Assembly: GCA_965230895.1 (NCBI GenBank)
Contig: OZ246394.1
Location: 569,316-633,315, forward strand
Direction: 5' to 3'
From: an uncultured Gammaproteobacteria bacterium
GTDB taxonomy: Bacteria > Patescibacteriota > Microgenomatia > Levybacterales > UBA12049
Length of the DNA stretch: 64,000 nt
The stretch's first letter is position 1; the number at the start of each line of letters is the position of its first letter. The notes under the pieces are model-generated. The model was not told the DNA's origin, ran no database searches, and saw only the letters and a program-made list of their open reading frames with translations. This document shows, piece after piece, positions 49,104 to 58,829 of this stretch. The translations under genes and the position numbers were made by a program.

Positions 49104-49148
49104 ACCTTTCAATTTGAACCTCGCAATTCTATTCGTTATAATAAGATA

Positions 49149-50300
49149 ATGTCCAAATGGTTCTTGGGGTGCATTACCGCGGTTTTGTTATTCCTCTTCC
49201 TTCCAAACCAGACAGCACTTGCAGCAGAAAACCCTGTCGCTGTCGCCAACAATAAAGTCGGAATTCATATTCTTTCCGGACTTGAATTGCCGCAGGCCGC
49301 AGAACTCGTCAATAGTAAAGGCGGTGACTGGGGGTATGTTATTGTACCAATCCAATCTGGAGATAAAGACCTCATCAAATGGCAAAAATTCATGGATGAT
49401 TGCAAGAAATATCGCGTTATACCTGTTATTCGATTAGCAACAGAAGGAGATTATTTCAATACTTCAGTATGGAGAGAGCCTACCCCATCCGATATTATCG
49501 ATTTTGCAAATTTTTTGAACTCCCTTGATTGGCCGACAAAGAACCGATACGTCATTGTATTTAATGAAGTGAATCGTGGTGACGAATGGGGTGGGGCAGC
49601 GAATCCAAAAGAATATGCAGAGATTCTGAGTTTTGCAGTCAGTGTTTTTAAGTCAAAGACACCTGATTTCTTTATGATCAGCGCCGGCTTAGATAATGCT
49701 GCACCTGAAGAAGGAACAAAATACATGAATCAATACAGTTATCTGAAACGGATGAATGAGGCTGTGCCAGGCATATTTAATCAACTCGATGGTCTGAGTA
49801 GTCATTCATATCCAAATCCAGGCTTTTCGCAACCACCGGATGACAAGGGCCAAATGGGTATATCGAGTTTTGTTTATGAACGGACACTTGTCAAAAGTAT
49901 GAGCAATAAATTACTTCCTGTATTTATTACAGAAACAGGTTGGGTTTCAGATAAGGTCAGTGATGATCAGCGCGCAGAGTATTATAAAAAAGCTTTTGCA
50001 ACAGTATGGAACGATCCTGGAGTTGTAGCAGTCATGCCATTTTTACTGCAGGCAGGTGCTGGTCCATTTGAAAAATTCACGTTTATTAAAGGTAATGGAG
50101 AAAAGACAAAGCAATATCAAGTCATCCAGGAGATGCCAAAAGTAAAAGGTGTCCCGAGCTACCCTACTCGCCGAGTTCTTGCGGCCAAGACAAGCCGCGA
50201 AGCCGAGATGAAAGATTTTTCATACTATCAGAGAGACCAGCGATCATTTTCTTTGAGCGCAGTGATGCAGGATGTCTTTAATTACTTAATAAACAAGTAA
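49149..50300 (+). CDS. Exported clan GH-A glycoside hydrolase-like protein
   Basis: Signal peptide; FNEVN (acid/base), SSHSYP, FITETGW (nucleophile). Confidence 0.75.
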   Translation: MSKWFLGCITAVLLFLFLPNQTALAAENPVAVANNKVGIHILSGLELPQAAELVNSKGGDWGYVIVPIQSGDKDLIKWQKFMDDCKKYRVIPVIRLATEGDYFNTSVWREPTPSDIIDFANFLNSLDWPTKNRYVIVFNEVNRGDEWGGAANPKEYAEILSFAVSVFKSKTPDFFMISAGLDNAAPEEGTKYMNQYSYLKRMNEAVPGIFNQLDGLSSHSYPNPGFSQPPDDKGQMGISSFVYERTLVKSMSNKLLPVFITETGWVSDKVSDDQRAEYYKKAFATVWNDPGVVAVMPFLLQAGAGPFEKFTFIKGNGEKTKQYQVIQEMPKVKGVPSYPTRRVLAAKTSREAEMKDFSYYQRDQRSFSLSAVMQDVFNYLINK

Positions 50301-50339
50301 TTCTTGCAATTATATTGTTTAGGCTTTATAAACTACTGT

Positions 50340-51032
50340 ATGCTTACAATTATCCACGGTGCTGATACCGCTGCTTCGCGAAAATATTTCCTTGACCAAA
50401 AACAACCATATGCTGATGCTATCCTTTTGGATGCCGACAAAGTAAATCTTACAGATTTAGCGCAAATATTTGAAGGCGGAGGATTATTTGGCGAAAGCAA
50501 AATTGTTTTTATTGAGCAGCTTATTACCAAAAAGAAAAAAGCTTCTGAATTTAAGGATCTTGTAGCGTATTTAGAAAAGCATGCTGACGAACACACTATC
50601 TTTCTTTGGGAAAGCAAAGAGTTGGAGATAGGTACATTAAAAGCATTCAAGAAGGCGGCGCAGCGTCCCTTCAAATTGCCACAGACCCTTTTTCTCCTCC
50701 TTGATAGTCTGAAACCAGGAAATGGAAAAGCACTTGTCATACTCTTCCATCAAACCCTTGAATCTGCAGAGCTAGAAATGGTCTTTTTTATGCTCATCCG
50801 TCAGATCAGATTACTCCTTGCCCTTCATGAATCATCAGAGAACGAAATAGAAGAAGTGAAACGTATGGCTCCATGGCAAAGAACAAAGCTCGAGAAACAA
50901 GCCAGATTATTTACACGTGAGCAACTACTGTTGATGTATCACAAACTCTTTATCCTCGAACGTGGACAAAAAACAGGTGGACTCACCACATCTTTAAGTG
51001 CTGCAATTGACTTTTTACTTATCGGCATTTAA
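50340..51032 (+). CDS. holA: Short DNA polymerase III delta subunit-like protein
   Basis: IIHG; GLFGESKIVFIE; LF.LLD; MLIRQIRLLL; PWQ..KL..QA..F; KTG. Confidence 0.7.
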   Translation: MLTIIHGADTAASRKYFLDQKQPYADAILLDADKVNLTDLAQIFEGGGLFGESKIVFIEQLITKKKKASEFKDLVAYLEKHADEHTIFLWESKELEIGTLKAFKKAAQRPFKLPQTLFLLLDSLKPGNGKALVILFHQTLESAELEMVFFMLIRQIRLLLALHESSENEIEEVKRMAPWQRTKLEKQARLFTREQLLLMYHKLFILERGQKTGGLTTSLSAAIDFLLIGI

Positions 51033-51073
51033 AATGGGAGTTATTGTTCAGACATTACTCTGAACCAATGCAT

Positions 51074-52459
51074 ATGGCTGATATTGATTCAAAAATCTTC
51101 AAAGCATACGACATCCGCGGTATTTATCCTGAACAACTTAATGAGACAAATATTGTTGATATCGTCCGTGCTATTTATAAATTCTTCCATGATAGTATAG
51201 GCAAAGAGCAGCCTACAATTGTACTTGCATATGATATGCGATTGTCTGGTCCACAACTCTATGCAACTGCGAAAAAGACACTTGTTGATATGGGAGCAAA
51301 GGTTATCGATGCTGGACAGCTCTCTACCCCATCATTTTACTTTACCGTATTCCATTATGCTTACGATTGCGGAATTCAGATTACTGCATCACACAATCCA
51401 AAGGAATATAATGGCTTAAAATTCGTTCGCTACACTCCTGAAGGGCTTATCAAGATTGGTAAGTCTACTGGCATGGAAGATATCAAAACTATGGCAATTC
51501 AAGGAGTTGAATTCACTCCGACAACCACTGGATCGATTGAAGAAAAGACAGGCATCCTTGAAGATGAAGTTGCAAATGCGCTTAAGGTCTTTGGAAATCC
51601 TGAATTAAAGAAGTTCAAGATCGTTGCCGATCCAGCAAATGCTATGGGCGCACAATATATCGGTGCTATCTTTGATAAGGTTCCAGCAGATCTTATCAAG
51701 ATGAACTTTGAACTTGATGGAAGTTTCCCTGCACATCAACCAGATCCACTCGATTTTAATAATTTGAAAGATCTGCAAGCACGAGTTCTTGCAGAAGGAG
51801 CAGATCTTGGATTGGCGCCTGATGGGGATGGAGATCGTTTGTACTTCGTAGATGAAAAAGGTCAGATTACCCCAGCAACACTTATTACAGCACTTGTTGC
51901 TCGAGAAGTTTTGAAAAATAATCCTGGAGCAAGAATCTATGTAGATATTCGATATATTCTCGGAACAAAGAAAATTGTCGAAGAGTTTGGTGGAGTGACT
52001 GAGATTACCAAGGTTGGCCATGCATTCATCACTGAAGCAATGAATAAGACTGGTGGACCGTTCGCTGGAGAGTCATCAGGCCATTTCTACTTCAAGTCTG
52101 CAGGCAACGGTGAGTCACAACTTGCAACGTTAGTCAGTGTCCTTAAAGTGCTTTCTGAATCGGGCAAGCCACTCTCTGAAGTTGTAGAAGAACTTCGAAG
52201 AAGTTTTGAATCTGGTGAATTGAATTTCAAGGTAAGCAATTCAGCAGAAATCCTTGAAGCAATCAAGCAAAAGTATAGCGATGGCGAACTTGAAACCATG
52301 GATGGCGTATCGATCACCTATCCTGATTGGAGAGTAAATGTACGAACTTCCAATACAGAACCATTACTTCGATTGAATCTCGAGAGCTATGACAAAGAAA
52401 CGATGCAACAGAAGTTCGAAGAAGTCAAAGGTCTCATCCAGTCTCTTGCTAAGGAATGA
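51074..52459 (+). CDS. Phosphomannomutase/phosphoglucomutase
   Basis: FKAYDIRG, TASHNP, DGDGDR, GESSGH, RTSNTEPLLRLN. Confidence 0.95.
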   Translation: MADIDSKIFKAYDIRGIYPEQLNETNIVDIVRAIYKFFHDSIGKEQPTIVLAYDMRLSGPQLYATAKKTLVDMGAKVIDAGQLSTPSFYFTVFHYAYDCGIQITASHNPKEYNGLKFVRYTPEGLIKIGKSTGMEDIKTMAIQGVEFTPTTTGSIEEKTGILEDEVANALKVFGNPELKKFKIVADPANAMGAQYIGAIFDKVPADLIKMNFELDGSFPAHQPDPLDFNNLKDLQARVLAEGADLGLAPDGDGDRLYFVDEKGQITPATLITALVAREVLKNNPGARIYVDIRYILGTKKIVEEFGGVTEITKVGHAFITEAMNKTGGPFAGESSGHFYFKSAGNGESQLATLVSVLKVLSESGKPLSEVVEELRRSFESGELNFKVSNSAEILEAIKQKYSDGELETMDGVSITYPDWRVNVRTSNTEPLLRLNLESYDKETMQQKFEEVKGLIQSLAKE

Positions 52460-52470
52460 TATAATATCTT

Positions 52471-52914
52471 ATGCCTGATTTAAGTAAGTTCGATAAATCC
52501 AAATTCACTACAAAGCCCTACGTAAAACGTGTTGAAAAACCATGGGGTTACGAAATCCATTGGGTTCCTGCCGGCCTCCCATACATGGGGAAAATCCTTC
52601 ATATTGATGCTGGACGACGTCTTTCAATGCAAGTTCATGATCAAAAACAAGAAACATATTGGCTCTTAAATGGAGAATGCAATTTAATTCTTGAGAATGA
52701 GAAAGGTGAACTCGAAACCGTTAAGTTGAAGAAAGGCGAAGGTTATACAACGCAGATTGGGCAGAGACACAGACATCAAGCTGTAACTGATTGTGATATT
52801 GTCGAAGCTTCAACAGCTGAACTTGGAACTACATGGCGATTGGAAGACGACTACAGTAGACCAAACGAAACCGAAGAGTTACGCAAAAAGCCTAATCGAG
52901 GCTGGGATAAATAA
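52471..52914 (+). CDS. Cupin-domain protein (type II mannose-6-phosphate isomerase C-terminal-like)
   Basis: VEKPWGYE, LSMQVH..K.ET, RHR, RLEDDY.R. Confidence 0.8.
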   Translation: MPDLSKFDKSKFTTKPYVKRVEKPWGYEIHWVPAGLPYMGKILHIDAGRRLSMQVHDQKQETYWLLNGECNLILENEKGELETVKLKKGEGYTTQIGQRHRHQAVTDCDIVEASTAELGTTWRLEDDYSRPNETEELRKKPNRGWDK

Positions 52915-52919
52915 TGTAA

Positions 52920-52946
52920 TGTCATCCTGAACTTGTTTCAGGATCT
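52920..52946. repeat. REP-like palindrome singlet, copy 4
   Basis: TGTCATCCTGAACTTGTTTCAGGATCT between co-oriented genes. Confidence 0.85.
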
Positions 52947-52954
52947 TTTAATAA

Positions 52955-53995
52955 ATGCTTGATCTCAACAACAAAGAGCACATCCAGGAAATCGATAAGT
53001 TAGATGCCCTCGGCACCACTGAAAATCTTCTTAAGCAATGCGAAGCCGCATGGAATGAATCAACTGCTCTCTCTGTGCCTAAGATAGAAAATGTAACAAA
53101 TATTGTCTTTTGCGGCATGGGCGCTTCCATGTATGGTGGACTTGTCTTAAAATCATTACTCGGTCGAAATGTACCATATCCAGTTGAAATCGTTAGTGAC
53201 TACTATTTGCCTGATTATGTTGGAAAGAATACACTTGTCGTATTAACAAGTTACTCAGGAACAACTGAAGAAGTGCTTTCTTGTGCTGAGGACGCAAAGT
53301 CGAAAGAAGCACAAATGATTGTGGTAACAAAAGGAGGAACGCTTGCTGAATTTGCTCGAGATAACAATGTTCCTGCGTATATATTTGATCCCAAGCTTAA
53401 CCCAAATAATGTTCCTCGGTTGGGCACTGGCTATACAATTCTTGGGATGATTGGTCTGTTAAATAAAACCGGCGTTATAGATATTGAGGAGAAAGAGATC
53501 TCAGATGCACTTGTCCGTATGTATGATAAATTTGATGAGATCAAGCAGCAAGCTTTTGAGGACCACAAGATATTTATCAATAAAATCCCCATTATAGTTG
53601 CTGCAGAACAGCTTACGGGAAATGCTTTAATATTGCGAAATCAACTCAATGAAACCAGCAAGGCATTCTCTGCTTTTTATCTCCTCCCTGATCTAAATCA
53701 CCATCTTATGGAAGGATTGCAATTCCCTGCTGAAGCTCCCCTCCATTTCCTTGCTCTTAGTTCTCCAAATTATTCGGACAAGATTAAAAAGCGCCTAACA
53801 CTAACCGAAGAAGTTATTATACAAAATAAATATCCCGCTCATGAGTTTACGACTAGTGGTCAAACAAGTTATGATGATGTATTAGAGGTGCTATTTTATG
53901 GAAGCTTCCTAACTGTATATCTCGGCTTGGCTTATGAACAGAATCCTGGGACTAATCCTTGGGTAGATTGGTTTAAGAAGGAATTAAATGCTTAA
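52955..53995 (+). CDS. Bifunctional phosphoglucose/phosphomannose isomerase (SIS domain)
   Basis: CGMGAS, SYSGTTEE, PR, NQLNETSK, PDLNHH..EG. Confidence 0.9.
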   Translation: MLDLNNKEHIQEIDKLDALGTTENLLKQCEAAWNESTALSVPKIENVTNIVFCGMGASMYGGLVLKSLLGRNVPYPVEIVSDYYLPDYVGKNTLVVLTSYSGTTEEVLSCAEDAKSKEAQMIVVTKGGTLAEFARDNNVPAYIFDPKLNPNNVPRLGTGYTILGMIGLLNKTGVIDIEEKEISDALVRMYDKFDEIKQQAFEDHKIFINKIPIIVAAEQLTGNALILRNQLNETSKAFSAFYLLPDLNHHLMEGLQFPAEAPLHFLALSSPNYSDKIKKRLTLTEEVIIQNKYPAHEFTTSGQTSYDDVLEVLFYGSFLTVYLGLAYEQNPGTNPWVDWFKKELNA

Positions 53996-54363
53996 GCAAC
54001 AATTGACTTCACTTTATCGACAAGCTGTGCAGGCGTAAAAGAACTCTTCAACATATAGCCATCAGTAAATCCCAAAACATGATCAATGTCTTTTGTCTCA
54101 TCACTATTCGTTAGAAAAAGAATATGCTTAGCAGGCTTCTTCAAGAATGTTTTAACCTGATCCATAATCTGGACACCGGTCATAATGGGTAGAAGTACGT
54201 CTAAAAGAATTAAATCCCATCCTCCAATTTTGATTTTATCCAATGCTTCTTTCCCATCAGCTGCTGTAGTTACATCATATCCAGCACTTGAAAGCGTTTC
54301 GTTATAAATATCACGAAGAAACATATCATCTTCTACTAGGAGTATTTTTATTTTGTTTTCCAT
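53992..54363 (-). CDS. Single-domain response regulator receiver
   Basis: ILLVEDD, DLILLD, LTN, YMLK. Confidence 0.92.
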   Translation of the reverse strand: MENKIKILLVEDDMFLRDIYNETLSSAGYDVTTAADGKEALDKIKIGGWDLILLDVLLPIMTGVQIMDQVKTFLKKPAKHILFLTNSDETKDIDHVLGFTDGYMLKSSFTPAQLVDKVKSIVA

Positions 54364-54399
54364 CACTCTATTCTATCAATAAATCCTTTAAAACAAAAG

Positions 54400-54422
54400 A
54401 AAACCACCAGTTGGTGGTTTTT
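54400..54422. terminator. Bidirectional-type intrinsic terminator downstream of pilin 1
   Basis: AAAACCACC-AGTT-GGTGGTTTT. Confidence 0.75.
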
Positions 54423-54442
54423 AAAACATATGCATTCCCCTA

Positions 54443-54925
54443 TTATCGAGTAACTTGGATTGGTGGAGTATATGCACTTGGTGCTGAAACTGTTATTCTA
54501 TTATTTGTATCTCTTGTAATTGTGTAACCTGTGTTCCATGTTCCTGCGCATTCACCAGCTTCAACTCCTGCCTGATCATTAAGTGTTGGATCCATTGGAA
54601 GTGCTGGCATATAATTTGGTACTAACTGAGCACAAAGAGCACCTAAATCGGCCCCACTTTGCAATGGGGTTGGGTCATTTACATCCAAAGCCTGAACAAG
54701 CGGCGGTAATTGCCCAGTATTTGATGCTGTATATTGTCCGATTGCATTAAGAATCTGAGTAACATCACTTCGACGCTTTGTATCATTTGCTTGGCCAAAT
54801 TGTCGTGCAGGGTTAATAGCGATAAGTGTGATTGCTAAAAGGATAGCGAGGATACCGATTACAACGAGTAATTCGATGAGTGTGAAACCTTTTTGGTCTT
54901 TGTTAAATATTTGTCGGACAGTCAT
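54443..54925 (-). CDS. Type IV pilin, paralogue 1
   Basis: KG|FTLIELLVVIGILAIL N-methyl-Phe motif; ANDTKRRSD; Cys pair. Confidence 0.93.
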   Translation of the reverse strand: MTVRQIFNKDQKGFTLIELLVVIGILAILLAITLIAINPARQFGQANDTKRRSDVTQILNAIGQYTASNTGQLPPLVQALDVNDPTPLQSGADLGALCAQLVPNYMPALPMDPTLNDQAGVEAGECAGTWNTGYTITRDTNNRITVSAPSAYTPPIQVTR

Positions 54926-54935
54926 GTTTTGTTTT

Positions 54936-54953
54936 GATCAAGTTATCTTGATC
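54936..54953. promoter_or_regulatory. Palindrome in the pilin 1 leader
   Basis: GATCAAG-TTAT-CTTGATC, identical to 56570-56587. Confidence 0.7.
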
Positions 54954-55124
54954 TGTATCTATTATTGTCAGAGTCGGTATATCCTGTCAATATGTCTAAA
55001 TAGTCAAAAATATATTTAAATAGATCAGTTTACTTTTCAAGAAATTATTTGAATCTAAAAAAGATAATGATGTATTTTGATCATCTTGACACAGACTCAA
55101 CCTTTACTTCATTATAGATATATA

Positions 55125-55406
55125 ATGTTGAAACCAACGAAACATCATGAACCACTAAGTAGCGCAAAAGCAATTATTGCAATACTGGTTTTAGGTATCG
55201 CTTTTGTACTCTTTTATAAGTTCATAACAAATCAGGAATTCTTCTTGGATGATCCAGAAGCTCTTCGAAACTACGTCATCTTTACTATTACAGTAAGTGG
55301 GTTCTTAATTGGGCTTCTTTACCTCACAAGCCAGACAAAGCACAAAGCGAAAACAAAATCCAAGTCAATTTCAAAAGCTAAGCCTACTAAAAAGAAGAAG
55401 AAATAA
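55125..55406 (+). CDS. Small 2-TM membrane protein with Lys-rich tail
   Basis: Two hydrophobic helices; KAKPTKKKKK C-terminus. Confidence 0.65.
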   Translation: MLKPTKHHEPLSSAKAIIAILVLGIAFVLFYKFITNQEFFLDDPEALRNYVIFTITVSGFLIGLLYLTSQTKHKAKTKSKSISKAKPTKKKKK

Positions 55407-55421
55407 CTTTTAATTTTCTTT

Positions 55422-56042
55422 CTACAATTCCCTTGCAATTACTCTTGTTGGTGCACCATCTGCTTTTAGTTTTATCGGTAGCGCAATAACTTCAAACGCA
55501 TCCACTTCTAATAGTTGTCCCACGTTTGTTAAATTCTCAAGAATAAATATCTCGTTTGTTAAAAGTATCTTATGAACAATCCAAGGTTGATCAGCGTCAG
55601 GACCGGACATATCCATTCCCACTCCACTTATGTTATGTTCCACCATCATTCTTGCAAAGTCTTCAGCAATCACAGGAGCATTACTGAAGTAATCTTCCTG
55701 CCCATACTTTTCACCAAAACCCGTATACAAGAGAACTATCGAACCTTCTTTTAATGCAATTCCATCAAGAACAGATCCATCAATAATATCCTTTCCCTGT
55801 ACATCGAGTACTATTCCATTTCCAATAAACTTCTCTACAGGCAATGCGTCAATTGTTTTGCCTCCAGCAATCATATGCAATGGAGCATCCATGTGTGTCC
55901 CGACATGCATAACAGTCGTAAGCTTATGATCGTTAAAACTATTTTCTTTAATGCTTGCGACCTGTTCTATTTGGGGCTTCGGATCACCAGGAAAGACTGG
56001 TATATCATCAGAGAAAGTATGAGATAAATCAAATAATTTCAT
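55422..56042 (-). CDS. Cyclase family protein (kynurenine formamidase-like)
   Basis: DLSH, PVFPGDP, HVGTHMDAPLH, ENLTN, DGAPTR. Confidence 0.92.
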   Translation of the reverse strand: MKLFDLSHTFSDDIPVFPGDPKPQIEQVASIKENSFNDHKLTTVMHVGTHMDAPLHMIAGGKTIDALPVEKFIGNGIVLDVQGKDIIDGSVLDGIALKEGSIVLLYTGFGEKYGQEDYFSNAPVIAEDFARMMVEHNISGVGMDMSGPDADQPWIVHKILLTNEIFILENLTNVGQLLEVDAFEVIALPIKLKADGAPTRVIAREL

Positions 56043-56083
56043 AAAGAAGAGTATACAAAAGAATTGTAAAGATTATTGAAGAA

Positions 56084-56560
56084 TTAGCGAGTTACTTGGA
56101 TTGGAGGAGTGTATGCACTTGGCGCTGATACTGTTATTCTATTATTTGCATCTTTTGCAACTGTATATCCAGTGTCCCATGTGCCCGCGCAGTCACCAGC
56201 TTCAACTCCAGCTTGATCGTTAAGAGTTGGATCCATTGGAAGTGCTGGCATATAATTTGGAACTAATTGTCCACAGAGGGATGGGAAATTTGTACTATTG
56301 AGTGCGGCTGAACCACTTGCAAGAGCTTGAACATTTGGAGGCAATTGGCCTGTATTAGATGCTGTGTATTGTCCGATTGCGTTAAGAATCTGTGTTACAT
56401 CACTTCGACGCTTTGTATCGTTTGCTTGTCCGAATTGTCGTGCTGGATTAATTGCGATAAGAGTGATAGCTAAAAGAATAGCGAGGATACCAATTACAAC
56501 GAGTAATTCTATGAGTGTGAAACCTTTTTGATTTTTATTAAATACTTCTCGGACAGTCAT
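56084..56560 (-). CDS. Type IV pilin, paralogue 2
   Basis: Same prepilin motif; start set at ATG 56560 by alignment with paralogue 1. Confidence 0.93.
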   Translation of the reverse strand: MTVREVFNKNQKGFTLIELLVVIGILAILLAITLIAINPARQFGQANDTKRRSDVTQILNAIGQYTASNTGQLPPNVQALASGSAALNSTNFPSLCGQLVPNYMPALPMDPTLNDQAGVEAGDCAGTWDTGYTVAKDANNRITVSAPSAYTPPIQVTR

Positions 56561-56569
56561 ATTGTTTTT

Positions 56570-56587
56570 GATCAAGTTATCTTGATC
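56570..56587. promoter_or_regulatory. Palindrome in the pilin 2 leader
   Basis: GATCAAG-TTAT-CTTGATC, identical to 54936-54953. Confidence 0.7.
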
Positions 56588-56660
56588 TGTATCCATTATT
56601 GTCATAATGCTCAACTGTTGTCAATAGAGCAAAAATTGAAAAAAAATCGAAAATTCAAGG

Positions 56661-57800
56661 CTATTTACCTAGGATAATCGTAATATCATTATCGCCTTCT
56701 TGTCTTTCTTCTACAGTGATATTTGGTCTTATTTTTTCAACTTCCTCAAGAATTGCGGTGCGGGTAGATTGAGTTACAGTCCCAGCAAAAAAAATAACTG
56801 ATTCTGAATTTCTAGTACTACTCCTTGTTTGCGTAGTTATGTCTTTGAATTTATATGTTTCAAGAGCGGTCCGTAAAGGCGCAGAACTAGAAGCAGAAGA
56901 ACTGACAATTTGAACGGTAAGATTTTCAAACTGAACTGGTTCAACCGGTGGAACTGTCGGCGGTACAGTTGCTACAGGGGCAGTCTGAGGCATAACAGTT
57001 GGTTGAACCGTAGCTTGGGGCGCTGGTGGTTGCATGCTTTGCATGTAAACGATAACCAGAACAACCAGTAAAATTACTAATATTCCAATCATTCCTATTA
57101 ATCGTTTCTTATTTGTCTTTGGTGGTTCTTTCCCTTGCGCTAATTCTTCCTGAACTTCGTCAACAGATTCTTCCTCTTCTTTTTTTGCCGGAGTAAATGC
57201 AGCTTGGGTCTTAATATCATATTGCTTCAAACTTGGAGTTTTCTGAATTGTCGTATTGATGAGATTCATGTCCATCGGTTTTGCACTCAATTCCCCACCC
57301 AATACCATTCCCGGAAAAACAGAGGCAATAGTAAAGCCAAGCTTTTCAAATGCTCGTTCAATGGTTGCATAGAGATCCTGATTGACTGCACAAACACGTA
57401 TACCATTTTTTAGTGGGAATGTTTTGCTCACCACATTTTCATAAGGAACATGTTCGATAAACATATCAATCTGAGGTTTTAAATCAGCAATTGTTGTTTT
57501 AGGTGTGGCAGTTGGTACAGGCTGTCCAGATTTTACTGGCTGCTGAGCTGATTGCGGAGGAATGATAAAGTCTTTCACGAAATAAGCATTATCTGCGAGT
57601 ACGATAATGAAGTTACTTGGAGGGATTTTGTTATTTGTTACTAAAATCTTTATTTGCTCTTCAAGCTTGTCATCATTTAATACATCCAAGTCCCGCACAA
57701 TATCTGGAGGAAATCGATATTCCACAAGTGATTTTAAATAAGGTGAATATAATTGAAATTTATCTTTTTGGAGATAGATTACTCCTGTTCTTACTGCCAT
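56661..57800 (-). CDS. Membrane protein with PilM/GspL-like N-domain, TM, Pro-rich linker and degenerate LytR_C-like domain
   Basis: Position in the pilin locus; IVRDLDVLND..L...I; TM; LTVQIV...DITIILG. Confidence 0.55.
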   Translation of the reverse strand: MAVRTGVIYLQKDKFQLYSPYLKSLVEYRFPPDIVRDLDVLNDDKLEEQIKILVTNNKIPPSNFIIVLADNAYFVKDFIIPPQSAQQPVKSGQPVPTATPKTTIADLKPQIDMFIEHVPYENVVSKTFPLKNGIRVCAVNQDLYATIERAFEKLGFTIASVFPGMVLGGELSAKPMDMNLINTTIQKTPSLKQYDIKTQAAFTPAKKEEEESVDEVQEELAQGKEPPKTNKKRLIGMIGILVILLVVLVIVYMQSMQPPAPQATVQPTVMPQTAPVATVPPTVPPVEPVQFENLTVQIVSSSASSSAPLRTALETYKFKDITTQTRSSTRNSESVIFFAGTVTQSTRTAILEEVEKIRPNITVEERQEGDNDITIILGK

Positions 57801-57801
57801 A

Positions 57802-58224
57802 TTAGAAAGCCTCTTTCTCTGACGTAACCGTCAGTTGATTATTTATATACGTTGCTCGGACCTCAACAGTTCTTTTGAAATTACCGACTGTTCCAGTTGA
57901 TGTAATAATATACGGACTCCCCGATGTGCCACTCCCTCCTACGGTTATAACTGCCTGACCTTGACCGATTGTCAAAGTTTCACCCGTATACGTTGTGGGT
58001 GTACGAAGTAGTCGCAATAATCCGTTCTCTGCCCCACTCTGCGCAACTTGATACGCAACTTCTCCCTGTTGTTGTCTTGTTCCACTATTTGAATTTATCA
58101 AGATCATAACAATTGCCGCAGACGTAATCGTTAGTCCAATAATCATAAAGAACAATAGCGTTATAAGCGCTTGCCCTCGTTGATATGAGAGCGATAATTT
58201 CTTAATTACTTTACCACTTCTCAT
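57802..58224 (-). CDS. PilX-like minor pilin
   Basis: RG|QALITLLFF (no Glu5); AYQVAQSGAENGL; ITSTG. Confidence 0.8.
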   Translation of the reverse strand: MRSGKVIKKLSLSYQRGQALITLLFFMIIGLTITSAAIVMILINSNSGTRQQQGEVAYQVAQSGAENGLLRLLRTPTTYTGETLTIGQGQAVITVGGSGTSGSPYIITSTGTVGNFKRTVEVRATYINNQLTVTSEKEAF

Positions 58225-58775
58225 TGTCTTGCTAAAGTTGTCTGGAACGACCTTGATTCTGCACCCGACGGCTGCTGAATCCTACTCACCACAGTGAAAT
58301 TCACCCGAATTGTATCATTACTATCTCCTGCTCCAATCCGTTGGAAAGATAAACCTGTAAGGTATGAGTTAGCTCCGTTTAATTTATTTACTTCTCCGGT
58401 TGATCCATTTGTGAGGAGAAGATTTCCCCCACTATCAAGGCTATAGGTATAGTTTATAGAATTTACCCGTATTTGCAAAGTAGACGAAGTCACTCCTGGA
58501 GATGCTGGAGTAGTTATACGATCACCTGATGGAGAAGCACTTATGGATTTCATATCATAAAACAACTTGCCCATGATATATCTTCCATCCTGATCAACAA
58601 CGGATGTTGATTCTGATTCCAACTGAACTTCAACAATCTGTCCAAACATCGTACTCATAATACCAACGAGTATTGAAAGAATTCCTACATACAAAACTAA
58701 TTCGATAAGTGTAAATCCTTTTTGCCTTTTTTGAGAGGATACCTTGGCAGCAAAAAACTTCTGAAAAAATTTCAT
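58221..58775 (-). CDS. PilW-like minor pilin
   Basis: KG|FTLIELVLYVGILSIL. Confidence 0.88.
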   Translation of the reverse strand: MKFFQKFFAAKVSSQKRQKGFTLIELVLYVGILSILVGIMSTMFGQIVEVQLESESTSVVDQDGRYIMGKLFYDMKSISASPSGDRITTPASPGVTSSTLQIRVNSINYTYSLDSGGNLLLTNGSTGEVNKLNGANSYLTGLSFQRIGAGDSNDTIRVNFTVVSRIQQPSGAESRSFQTTLARQ

Positions 58776-58829
58776 ACCTACATTGAGCGTACTGGTTTAT
58801 GTGAGGATATTCAAGAGGAAGATAATTAT

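Noticed and set aside
54443-56560. Diversity-generating retroelement acting on the pilin pair
   Set aside because: No reverse transcriptase in the window; differences include an indel and synonymous changes and are not confined to adenines.
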